64,000 nt of DNA from Laetmonice hystrix (lineage: Eukaryota): contig OZ249438.1 of assembly GCA_965235115.1 (NCBI GenBank), forward strand, positions 30,690,001 through 30,754,000. Reading direction: 5' to 3'. The notes under the pieces were generated by a model. The model saw nothing but the letters and a program-made list of their open reading frames with translations, was not told the origin of the DNA and did no database searches. Made by a program: the position numbers and the translations under genes. Shown in pieces: positions 27,603 to 40,397 of this stretch (positions are counted from its first letter, which is position 1; the number at the start of each line of letters is the position of its first letter).

Positions 27603-28660
27603 CTGTTGAAGCGACAGTCTTGCAGACGTTCGGCCAACGCCAACGTTGGCAGTTGTCGGTTTTACCATCCACAGGTAGAGAGCACTGCCGAGATGCTGTG
27701 CGTCTGGCCCCTCATCCACGCCACGCACTCATGCTGAAACCACAAAATACTACCGTCAGTCCTCGGGCCCCTAATCGTCCAGGTGTATGTGTGATCGCTT
27801 ACTGTTTGGACGGAGGGACGAGTGTACAGCACAGTTGGTGTTTAGTTGACTGCCTCCATGGAGTGCTTTGAGGGAGAGAGAGAGGTGCAGTTTGGTACAT
27901 CCAGACATCTATAGGAGAGAGGTGAAACGTTTAACCATCCTGACTTTACTGGCCGTCGTGAAGGTGGGCACAGGTAGACAACATCTGCTGGGTAACTACC
28001 AGACAGGTGCGAATGGGGGCGGGGGTGGGGGGCTAGGTCAGAGGGTGGAAACTGAGAGGAGACCTGTCAATCAAACAGAATTTACACGTTTTAAACAAGA
28101 AATTTAGCGGGTCGTTAATGAACTGCAAAGGAAGGTTTCTTAGTGTGTAAACATTCCTTGTGCGACTCTAAGAACCCCGTTAAGCGCGGTCCCCTCCCCT
28201 TGTAAGTAATCCACCATTAGTTGCCCGGAACACGTAGCCGGCGGGGTTTGAATACCTTCAGAAACACAACAGGCGGGATGGTCCCCGCTCGGCGGCGTGC
28301 AACAATAGGTGGCTACCATCAAAAGGAACACCTGATAAAACGATAGACTTTGGCGACAACATCAACAGTGGCTGGGTATTATTACTGACTGCTGACGGTA
28401 CCCACGGCGACGGCGCTACCCCGCTCCGCCGCTTACCAAGTGTGAGTTCTCCTTCTCATGCCGTCAAAATCCCAGAGGCACAACGCTTTGACAGCCCCTC
28501 TCCAAGGTTTGCCCGTGTCAACGATTTATCGGGGTAAAATGGCTTCGTTATCCTAAACTCGGGCATGGATGAGATGATGGTATTTTACATGAAAGAGTTA
28601 TCTCTGTCAGGCATCAAGAACACATTGTGTGCCTGCACAGCTGACCGAGTCCATCTGTAC

Positions 28661-28766
28661 AGGTACAGTTAAACCACAGGGTTTACTGGGCAAGCGCGGA
28701 GGCAAGATTCTTGAGGTACAGTTAAACCACAGGGTTTATTGGGCAAGCGCGGAGGCAAAATTCTTG
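28661..28766. repeat. 53-bp tandem duplication containing a CAGGGTTT (hAT-type terminus-like) motif
   Basis: aggtacagttaaaccacagggtttactgggcaagcgcggaggcaagattcttg occurs twice with 2 mismatches. Confidence 0.9.
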
Positions 28767-31700
28767 TCTGGTTTTCTACGAGGGGATAACCTTCACTAAA
28801 ATGGCGTCTGAACCCCCCCCCCCCCCGTTTTTATTTATTAGGCATTCATTGTAAATTGAAGAAGATAATAATGTTACAAGATAGGATGAGCCTCCTCAGT
28901 AAACACTTCCGAGTGTTTGATGAAGGCTGTCCATCAGACCTTGGCTTATGTGAGACGGACAGGTGCAGCGGCGTTAAATACATAACACGGTACTTGGACG
29001 TGGAAATTTACCCCCTCGCAGGTGGGCTGACCCTAGGTGGCATGACCCACTGCTAGCACTAGTTAAAAACACACACAGCCCGGCTTCAGGGCCTGGGACA
29101 GACAAGTGGGGGATGTTCAAAAAACTATGCCAGTTAAGTATGCTTTGAGCATTTTTTCGTCACAGCGTAGAGTGACGTTTTTATCGTCTATTCTATGTCA
29201 AAACAGTAGGAAATTAGGATGCAGCGATGAAAGAAAAGGATTTAATCCATTCTTTCATCTTCAACATTTGAGGGGGTGGGGGAATTACCACGATCAAAAT
29301 ATTAAAGATTTCAATGGCATCAGTGCAAAAATAATGACAGCAACTTAACTGCGCTGCAGCAGAGTATGTTCTACTGTTGATTTACTTTGGTGATTGTCAG
29401 CTCATGGAGAGGACTTATGACCTTTTACCTGACCAGAGAATAACTGTTTAGCTTTATTCATGAAGTTGCCATGCCCCCGAGGAAAGCGATTAACTATCCT
29501 CAGTGTTTAGGCAGGTGCAAAAACGGCGGGAAAGAGATGTATCCAGAATGACCGCTGACTGAACACTGAAGTAACCAACACTCTTATTTGGTAATGCTAT
29601 ACCCGATTCATTTAGTGTAATTTCTGGGTACAAAATGGCTTAATATTAGACCTGTAGACCAGGTGGTGCCTGCAAGCAAGTTCATTGACGTCACCTTGAA
29701 CTATTTTAGGCTTACCCTTCAATATCTTCGATGACCTTCACTATTAAAAGATCGCTAAGGTGACATGAAGTGGCAGCACAATTTATCCCTCTACGAGGTA
29801 CTACGAGATAACCGGCCAGCCAAACTGCCTCATTGCCTCGAGTGCAGGAACTCAAGGTCCCCATACCCGTGCCAGAGTGATAGCAAAGAGCAACATGATC
29901 GGGGTGTACAGAGGGAGCGTCATCAGTAATCCGTAGATGTAGGACCATTGATCAGTTAAAGCCACAACATGCCCAGGGCCTCCGCCAGTATTGTCATCAG
30001 TAGCCTTGATGTACCCGTGGTTGTAGGAGAGTCGTCCATACGTGTACATCACCTGGCACCGTGCCTTGGACCTCGTCATCAAAGGCAATGACCCGTCAGT
30101 CAGTGCCCACAGGTTGGCGACACGCCATTCAATGTCAAACCGCCACCCTCAGTGTCTTTTTGTCTTTGACAGGATACTATAGTTTGGATGATTAAAGATA
30201 ATGCGACTAAGATATTAGTAATGCATGACGTTGATCAAAGTCATTAAATTGAGCTGAGTACATGTAATCTTTAATAAAATAAGGTAAATAAGAATGAGGT
30301 TATAATACATAACAAGCCGCACAACAAACTCTGAAAATAAGAGTTATTCGAGCTTTGAACTTGTTCCCGTGGCCAGGAGTTACGGTTCCAATTTCCTCAG
30401 CAGAATTAACTAGTAAATATTGATTGAACGTTAACAACATTCTAACAGACTGGGGCCACGAACTCCATGACTGGGTGAGGTGGGTGAGGTTTGACCTTGA
30501 TCCTGTTGACTACAGTCAGGTCAAGGATACCATCGTCACCATGGTGAACTCCACGGCCAGGTAATAGACCTGATGTCGGTATCAAATATCATGACATGGA
30601 ATGTATCATTAGTGACATAAAACATGTACATGGTGCCAGCAGACCCTTTCATTGAGCAGGTGTGATGGCAGGTGGCAGGTAGGGGGGTAAGTGGGAGAAG
30701 CTGGGGGGTATTATACTTTCAGAGTCCTTATAGGCTCCCTGTCCTCAGGTGAGGTCAGAATTGAGGCATGTAAGAATTATTCATGTATTCACACAATTCA
30801 CGATTTCATCAAATTGATATTCAGCCAATAACCTGCTAACCGGTATTTCTGTTCGTATGGATATTGAACCAGCTGTTGCAGGATCAATGTTTGAAATAAA
30901 ATATAATATTTTATCTGCGAATATTGTTATTATATTAAATGCAGGGAAATGCTAATGATGCATATCACAAACAACCTGTATGCTTCATTATGTGATAATA
31001 TCATGATGTCATGATATTAAAACATGAATTGCATTCAAACAGCATTAACGCAGCATTGACATGGTGAAAGTACATCGAGACCACAGAGTGCCTGTGTACT
31101 TCTGTATACAATAAATTTCTAGGTCATTTTGACGGCTTCCTGGCAACTCATAGTGTATTTCTGGCAGGAGTCAACCTGTTGCCTGGGAAACAATTAATAT
31201 CTTACAGATCATATGAGATAGCGAAATGTAAAGTTCACAATCTGCTACAACCCCAAGCCTGGGGGGGGGGGGTGTAGTGAGGTGAGTTTGTGACTGGCAG
31301 GTGATGCTGCGACAGGAGAAGGTATGAGATGTAGCAGAGCCTCCTGACAGGGTTGACCTGACTAACTCTTTACATGATAGGGGCTGGGATGTACCATTGT
31401 ATACCAACAGCTGCCATATCATTGCCGTACGGAATCGTGAGCCACCGCTCCCTCGTCCCATACCCCTCACCCTGACGCCGGCAACAGAAGATAGAAGCAG
31501 TATATCATTACGAATTTTATTCCAGAGGTACAATGTATGTTATTATTGAAGGTCAAGTTGCATTGTCCTAGGTTTTACACTATAAGTACCAATCGTTGGG
31601 GATATACTGGCGTCTCTACCCCATGAGGTCAGCTTTCCTGTTCACTCATTGTTGAATCTCCTGATATATCAATTGAACAAGGATTCAGACAGAAATGCGC

Positions 31701-33576
31701 TGAAAACAATCTAGAAGAGTTGGCTGGCTTTGGCAGCTCACATAAGTGCAGTTTGGAGTCTCACTATGAAACAGACATTAAGGACTCTGGACAGTCGGAT
31801 CATGATCAGGTCATCTCTCAACACATGATCGGCGCCCGATCTGTCAACCAGAAAAGTCTAAAAACATTATTTGGCAGGCGTAATCTGGTCTAAGGACGCA
31901 GAGGTCAGAGGTCAACAAACAATTACGTGACCTTTTGGAGGCTGGAACTATAAACGACAGATATATGTCTATGATAGGATACATTGTACATGTTTTTGTT
32001 GAATGAAAACGGATATGTTGGAATAGCCAAGCTGCTCCCGGGAGTTGACCAGTGGCCAGGTTGACGACGAGCGACATCTGGTGGTCGACTGAGCCGCTAA
32101 CTTGTGAAGAGAAGTAGTCTCAGTCGGTCGTCGGGTGAGGGTGCCTCCCCCTCCCAACCTCACACACCTTCCCCACTGTGATCACATTATTTGCCCACAA
32201 CGGATCTCATTTCTCATTCACTTTAATCTCATTGCTCCTTCATGTTGACCCAGAGTTTGCCCTTGCTAATGGCGTGGTTCATTCATTTTCACTCCATGGG
32301 TCAGTCGCCTTGGTTTGTTCGACTCAGTTGCCCTTGTTGGCCATGCCTCCCGCCATATAGTTCATAGACGTTGAATCAATTGTTCCTATCTTAGAATTCT
32401 TCATAAAATCTCAATTTCAATGAGAAACCAGTTCGTTACACAAAATCACGATGAGGTAGGGTCATTTGGTACTTATCATGAAGTAATGTGCCCGGGGGCG
32501 GTTGAGCAACGTCTGAGCAGCGATGGTGTCAAGAGTTGTCACTCAGTGAGAGTGAAAGGTTCAAGGCAGTTTGAACATTCGTCCTATTTTACGTGAAGGA
32601 TATTGATATTAACATGGCACGCATATGGAAGTCCCATGGATTGAGCTTGCGAGCCACTTGGCAGACCACACCAATCTATCGACCCCTCAGGCCAAATAAA
32701 TCTATAGAGAACCATGGGAGGTTCGACGTGTCTACATGGTCGCTAACGACTGGAGGGGTGACACCATAACTGGGACAAGAAGTCTCCACACACTAAAGTT
32801 ACAACATCCCACCTCTAATAACTATCATTGAGTATATACAAAATATTCTCCCACGACTTTTAGTACGTAGGTGTCACGACAGTCCATAATTTTCAAGCAC
32901 TCGTGAACCAGTGTTTATTTAAAGAGGGTGGTAAATTGAATAATTTCTGTGACAGTGCTCAGGGATGTTGATAGCATAACGTTCACCTGTTCGGGTGAAC
33001 AATACTGGCTGGTTGTCAAGGATCAGGTTACATCATTAAGATGTTCTCCCTCCGGCGACGACAACTTGATCTGTGATGTGATTATCGTCACCCTAGCACC
33101 GCCCCTTCTAGTGACAGGATGTTGTACTAAACTTACACGGCCAGTTGTTAAGATCAGGTTCACTGATCACCTCGGCAGGGGGTCTAGTGGTACAGGTATC
33201 GCTACCACACATATACTAGTAGTCTACATACCGGGCCGGTGATCATGGTGGATCCGGTGCCAATCTGCTGCCGGCTGGGGCTGCAGGTAATATGATGAGG
33301 AGGAGCTGGCCTGCAGGTGAGGCAAACGGTGGAGGTGGCTGGCGTCAGAAACACGAGAAACTCACACTGGTGGTGATCACTGCAGGCAGCGGCTGAACAA
33401 AGACGGCTGTGTCACCTCTGGGACAGTCGTGGCAATTAGCAGAATGATCCAGAGTGAGATGTGCCTCGGTCTCACGGAGCGCTAAGGTGTGGTTCGCAAG
33501 AGTTGGTCGGCGCCACAGAGACACGTGGTGTCTGCTGGTCGTTAGATACCACCACACCGCTGCTACCACCTCTACC

Positions 33577-33613
33577 GCTGCTGCTGCTGCTACTGCTGCT
33601 GCTGCTGCTGCTG
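33577..33613. repeat. (GCT)n microsatellite
   Basis: About 12 GCT units with one ACT. It accounts for the poly-Ala stretches in the local ORFs. Confidence 0.9.
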
Positions 33614-36600
33614 GGCGACGGCTACCATCAATGATACGGACAACAGGTGCTACCAATATGCAATAAAACTGGCTCCACCATTTGAATCTTTTTGCTATTC
33701 ATAATTTCCTGATGAGTCAGAGGATGAATTCAAGAAAGCAATGAAAAATGGGAAGCATTATTACTCAAGTTGATCTGGTGGCGAGTTATAAAGCTGTCTA
33801 AGGGTCATGACCGTGTACAAGTTGTATGAAAGTATGAAATGGTTCTGAAGAGAAAGTTGTACGGATAAGGTCATTGCATAGGCTCTTCATGCAACCGATT
33901 TATGCCGCTGAACATGTCACATGCCGCGAATCAATCTTGGTAAAGACAAACTTTACCAAGATTAATTAGTGGTAAAGAGACAATATAACTATTTGAGTAA
34001 CTTAATTAGATGTAAATTAGCCAGCCAGACTGACAGGTATGACAGGGTTTGGTTGTTCTCTGACCCGAGCATCTCAAGGCATGCACATGCTGACACTTTA
34101 TTGTCGTTGTGTCGGGAATAATATGTAAAGCTGGAGGGGAGAGAATGGCTGTGCTTTCTCTTACAGAATGTTCAGTAATTTTGAAAGGGTTGGGTTAAAC
34201 AAGTCTTAACTTCATCTTGCGTTTAATATTCGGTTTTCTATCCGTTTTGGAAAGCAGCGCCGCGCTCTGCAGACCTATCTACTTAATCATGGACATCTGA
34301 GGGGGCGGGTAAGGGTGTTTGCGAGCGCCATGCAATAATAATGAAAGTCGGAGTAATAGGAAGGGGTTGAACTCTTTGAGGTGAGGTGGGTGTCCTGGGA
34401 GAAGAGGGGGCGGGATCTCATGGGACTAACTCAAGTTAGGTAAGCAAAAAAAGTGACCTTGGTCTTTGAGATTGAGTGAAGCAGGTGAAGCAAGATGGGG
34501 GAGAGCGCCTCGTGTTAACGTTTCATTACGCTATCTGTGATGGTAAGATGGCGGGAAGGTACATCTCAAGTATGTGGAAATAGTTTTGGGGGAATTCTTG
34601 AAGGTGAATTATTCAGTGTTATTGATGCTGTTGCCACTGGCACCAGAGGAGACAAGGATCAATAAGGTCTGAGATGAGAAGGATCGGTAAGAACAGTATC
34701 ACGATTAATTTACTCAATCGTCTGTTAACTGTGGCAGTCGATAAAACAAGTTTGTAATTTTACCTGTATACACAACACAAGGACTTTGTAAGACGTGTCA
34801 ACGGATTACGTCTTATCTTTACATTAAGACTGGTCAAAGTGGTCTCAAGAGATCTTGGGAAGTCATATTGACTGAAAATACTTCTGAAACCTTACGTCTA
34901 TTGACCCTACACTATGTCCGTGATCAAATACGGTGAGAGTGTGAGAGAAGCACATCGACGACTCGTGAGCGTACAGGACAATGTCCCTCTTCCACAAGTC
35001 CCGATTAATTACAAGAAATATACTACAGAACAGAGCCATGAGCCGTCCTTGTCTGGCCATAGATATGTATTCTGTGGCAGCTAGTCATGCACTAAGTTAC
35101 TGCCAGATTGGTGACTGGTAACTTAGCCGTCAATTTCCGGGGACCTTCATTGTCGCTCTGTCAGATGTTACAGTCTGGTGCCCATCACTGAACCGCAACG
35201 GTTTGATGGTTTGGCCGATACTGGGTGGACTCGACCATCGATTTCTCTCTTTGTTTCTTATCACCCAAAATGAAAAATGATTCGCGTCAAACGTATAAAA
35301 TAGGAGATCAATTGTGTTATGCACAATTGTCACAGGTTGTAGCATGGTGATGGTGTTTTTTTAGGTAATTTTAGTACATAATGTCAGTCAAAATAAGTTA
35401 GGAACTGTGTTCTTCGTGGAATCGTTCACATAGATTTCATCGTTAACCAAACACCGCCTACGTTCGAACAATTCATAATGTTGTCTAAATGGAATGCTGG
35501 AGTAACTAGAGCACTAACGACGATATGGCATTATATTTAACTCTATATTTGACTATATGAATGATAAAGAGATCGCTGTGGACCAACAGAGAGTAGCTGG
35601 GAGTAATGGCGGCAATCTTACCTGTTTATCAATCAAGGTACTTTTAATTAATTCTCCGTCCTAAGGTCAAGAACTTGTAAACACTTTTATCTTTAAGCAT
35701 TGGGTCTACCATTTGCTGTATAAAAGCAGTGTATAAAAAAGCAGTCTGTCACGGACATTGCAGTAATACTGAACAGTATCGAATCTTGCGTCGATATAAA
35801 GTACATTAAAAAAGACCAATTTAGGGTGAATTATTGTAACCCAAAAGGTCGAAGACCTATAGTGAAACTAAAGTCTAAGACGGTCACTCAGCTATTACAA
35901 GGGTATGTATGCGCATAGTCATTACTCCCTCAAGTTATGGTGATATCCCACAGGTATTGTCCTGTTACCCTGACCGCCCGGCCCCTCTCTGAGCATGGTT
36001 GGACGATTGCATGATGGCAGTGCTGAGACTATTGTCTCCAGAGACAGACATCGCACTTGTTCGGGCATGGGGGAGGCATGGGGGTGGGCATTAGATCAAT
36101 ATTTTAAGTCAGTGATTTTTTTCACCTCGTGTTTGACTCCGTGCCATGCAGAGGTAGCGTTTGGGTGGCGAATAGCCATGATAGTGGTCATGCTATGTGT
36201 CATCGATCACATGCACCTGCTTTCTACTGCCGCAATTCTGGACGCTTCTGATAAAAAGTCACATCTATGCTATTTCTCACAATTTGAATAATTGTATGCT
36301 CTTAATATATGTCAATTATGGCTCTGGGCTACATATGGGGCCTGTGGTCAGGTCACCTATGCATCTAAGACCTCAAAACCGGCCATATCTTTCACGAATT
36401 ATAGTCTGAGATATGGCAAGTTATGTGTATTTCAATGTTTTCCTTGTCCTAGAGTAACAGACCTGGTATGAGAAATAAGAGAGCAGCAGTGTTCATTTAA
36501 AAATATACAGTTCCCTTTCCTGGGTTCTTCCTCTCACTTTGTCATAAACCTGACATGAACAGTTCAGTTCTTCACATTCATCGTCTTTAGCAGAGCAAGC

Positions 36601-37866
36601 AGAAACTGCATACATCTCAAGTGGTCTTTAGCCGCCAGGCTTGCCAAAAACCACACAGTAGCCACCCTCAATGGTCTTAGAAATTGACACTATCTTGCAC
36701 AAGTTTAAGCCAATTCCGCTCTCAGGTTTAATGAGATCTTTACAGGACTTGCAAATTCGGATGTAGATGCCCGTCTACAAGGGCAACCTGCTCCGGCTAC
36801 TTTAACGGAATTCTAGGCACGGATTGCACTTTAGGACGACAAAATAGTTGATGGTGCCTGCTTACTTGAGCCTAATACCTGCCTACCTACAAACAATTTG
36901 AAAGCCCTGCTTTATCAAAGAGCACAGTTCTTGCTCTTGGAATATATTGTAATACTGCTCTGTCCAGAATACCGGAAGAAAATTAAAAAAGGAAAGAGAA
37001 TAAATAAATTGGTTCAGGTAGTATTCATTAGGATATTCTTTGCTCGTGGGCGGCTTGTGGCTAACAAACACACCAGAGGCAGCTCTAGTCCCACAGCGGT
37101 TGCCCATGGTGTAATGAAGTCTGTAAAAATCGATCTTTGTTCTGCCTGATCTACCTGCCTGAAAACAAGTTCACTGAGCAGAAGTCCTGCGGCTGCTTTT
37201 GTTCAGTTTTCCTTCTTAAATCTGAAGCTTGGATGTTGCTAAAAGGTTTTAAACTAAGTGTGGCATTGTCCAACCCAAATGTTCCATGAAGGTCAAGGTA
37301 CAGAAATATTTTCTATAAGGGACATGTTTTGAAATGAATACTTCAAATCTGAATGTATCCCCAAGATTAAATGCACTTTTTTTCGGGTGATGTTAGTAGA
37401 ATCGATTGCTTGAGGTTCGAAAAAATGACTTATTTATCACGAAGGTATTGATTAAGAAAATCAGTCGGCAGTTGGTAGTATTGCTGAGTCATTCATGGCC
37501 AATTAGGCTTTTTTTTCAGCCTCTCTGTATGAATTATATATGGAACCTGAGGGGTGATCGCTTGTGAATATCAAATTTTGAAATCAAAGAGAGCATAATG
37601 GTAGAGTTCATCACGTTTAAGTGACTTGGTCGTATGTGGGCTAGATTCGTCCAACCGATACACTTTCAATAGTCCAATCGGTTTTGGAACATGCCTGAAA
37701 TCATGTGGCCACTGAAGTATCACTTAATTATTTTACAGGACAAACCAGATTTATTGTTTCATTCTTACTACTTAGGGGTCTATTATAGATATACTCCCGC
37801 CCCCTGCCCCCAGCCCTAACCCTTACCCCCAATTTTGTGAATGTTTCTATGGGTGAATAACCGGTC

Positions 37867-38954
37867 CAAGAAAAGACCACCTGCTTCAGTGTCCTGAGAC
37901 AAGTCCTGTCGTCACTACAAGAAAAGACCACCTGCTCCAGTGTCCTGAGACAAGTCCTGTCGTCACTACAAGAAAAGACCACCTGCTCCAGTGTCCTGAG
38001 ACAAATCCTGTCGTCACTACAAGAAAAGACCACTTGCTCCAGTGTCCTCAGACAAATCCTGTCGTCACTATAAGAAAAGACCACCTGCTTCAGTGTCCTC
38101 AGACAAATCCTGTCGTCACTACAAGAAAAGACCACCTGCTTCAGTGTCCTCAGACAAGTCCTGTCGTCACTACAAGAAAAGACCACCTGCTCCAGTGTCC
38201 TGAGATAAGTCCTGTCGTCACTACAAGAAAAGACCACCTGCTCCAGTGTCCTCAGACAAGTGCTGTCGTCACTACAAGAAAAGACCACCTGCTTCAGTGT
38301 CCTCAGACAAGTCCTGTCGTCACTACAAGAAAAGACCACTTGCTCCAGTGTCCTCAGACAAATCCTGTCGTCACTATAAGAAAAGACCACCTGCTTCAGT
38401 GTCCTCAGACAAGTCTTGTCGTCACTACAAGAAAAGACCACCTGCTCCAGTGTCCTCAGACAAGTCTTGTCGTCACTACAAGAAAAGACCACCTGCTTCA
38501 GTGTCCTCAGACAAGTCCTCACTACAAGAAAAGACCACCTGCTTCAGTGTCCTCAGACAAGTCCTCACTACAAGAAAAGACCACCTGCTTCAGTGTCCTC
38601 AGACAAGTCCTGTCGTCACTACAAGAAAAGACCACCTGCCCCAGTGTCCTCAGACAAGTCCTGTCGTCACTACAAGAAAAGACCGCCTGCTCCAGTGTCC
38701 TCAGACAAATCCTGTCGTCACTATAAGAAAAGACCACCTGCTCCAGTGTCCTTAGACAAATCCTGTCGTCACTACAAGAAAAGACCACCTGCTTCAGTGT
38801 CCTCAGACAAGTCCTCACTACAAGAAAAGACCACCTGCTTCAGTGTCCTCAGACAAGTCCTGTCGTCACTACAAGAAAAGACCACCTGCTTCAGTGTCCT
38901 CAGACAAGTCCTGTCGTCACTGTAAGAAAAGACCTGTCGTCCTGTCGTCACTAC
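37867..38954. repeat. 51-bp minisatellite, ~21 copies
   Basis: Unit aagaaaagaccacctgcttcagtgtcctcagacaagtcctgtcgtcactac. Three units lack gtcgt (about 38520, 38566, 38816). Confidence 0.98.
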
Positions 38955-40397
38955 ATATATATCGTTCCCACGTTTTACGTGCACCATAAAACGGGATGTT
39001 TGTTCAAGGCCATTCGACGTTCTCCACGTTCTCTAAGTGGGATAAAAAGTGTGATGAAGGCGTCATAAGAAGATTAGACGGCCTATGGTATAGACGGTGT
39101 GTTTGTCTATGAGAAGACGTTGCTGTCTGTTAGGTACACAGTAAAGGTGTGAATGAGTGTGCCCTACGACAGGTCCACATGAATCCTACATGCCCTGACG
39201 CCGCTCAGACTGTCAACTGTACTATAAACTAAACCCCGTTGATCATGCTCCAGTGTGTGTTCTCACGCTAACCAAACCAACCACCCAGAGCGCACAACCT
39301 GCGATGTTTGCACCTGCCGACAAAAACAGCCGAAAGACATGTTAGGATTCCATGTCGCTCATGGGACAAAGACGAAAGTTTCGAGACAACAGCTACACCT
39401 AGAAACGGCCCATTATGATTATAATGATTCGTTTTTCATCAGTATGACAAATAGCTTAGAATGTACTTAGATACAGGGGCAAAAATACAACTGACGTGGC
39501 AGTCGTCGTCTATAGTACATTTATCAGCATTTTCAAACCGGATATCCATTAGGAGTTTAATGTCTGCGGAAGTGCTCTCTCTACCCAATCCATTAACAAT
39601 CTAATTTGCTTACCTTGATCAGCATTTACTTATTTTTTATGACAATATTTTCACCATAATGTACTGTGGTCATAGAATAATAAAAGAAGGCTCTCTTAAT
39701 ATTTACAATTGGATCATATATATGAAGGGACATTATCTAGGTCAAACAAAGACTGACGCACTTAGTAACTGATTTGTATTTGAAAATATATTTAATTCTG
39801 CCTTATATCGAGTCAGATTACTTAAAAAGTTGATAATCTGTCAGTTGTCTCCCAACCTGTATTTTTGAATGTGACCAATGTCTCTCCGGCATTCTTCTTC
39901 AAGTTCTTGTTATGAGAATACTCATTAGAAGAGCCCCGCCCCCCGCCATGACCCAGTACTGGGAGCACCGTGCCCAGCCTGGCGCTGTGAGTAGTATACG
40001 TAAATCGGCCGTTTGAAGCATGCCTGTCTGACACAATGGTCGTCATCATGACGGTGTGCGGATACAGGGTCATCTGTCGGGCGGAACGGGGCAGATATTC
40101 AGTCATGCATGGGGGCACAAATCTACTGTGGGCATCACTAGCTAGTTGTGCCGGGGTTATTAGGGAAATAATTAGGGGTCGGAGTAAGAGATAGTTGATG
40201 ACACGATCTATAAAACTTGACATTTTCTGAGGCAGCGCGTCTGGCAAATCTTTGGTGGGAGGATTGTTTAATATATTTATAAAATTATTTACATTTATTT
40301 ACGCTGTACAAAAATACTGTTTACAGGACAGGACAGCTATCATAGTCAGGATTATGCTCACTAGCCCCATGTCAGAAGTTCAAACATGATCATGTTA

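Noticed and set aside
28225-28265. ggtttgaatacc T-loop-like motif (tRNA/SINE head)
   Set aside because: No cloverleaf or A-box could be built upstream.
34291-34415. Two GGGGCGGG GC boxes
   Set aside because: They are isolated motifs in purine-rich sequence without other promoter evidence.
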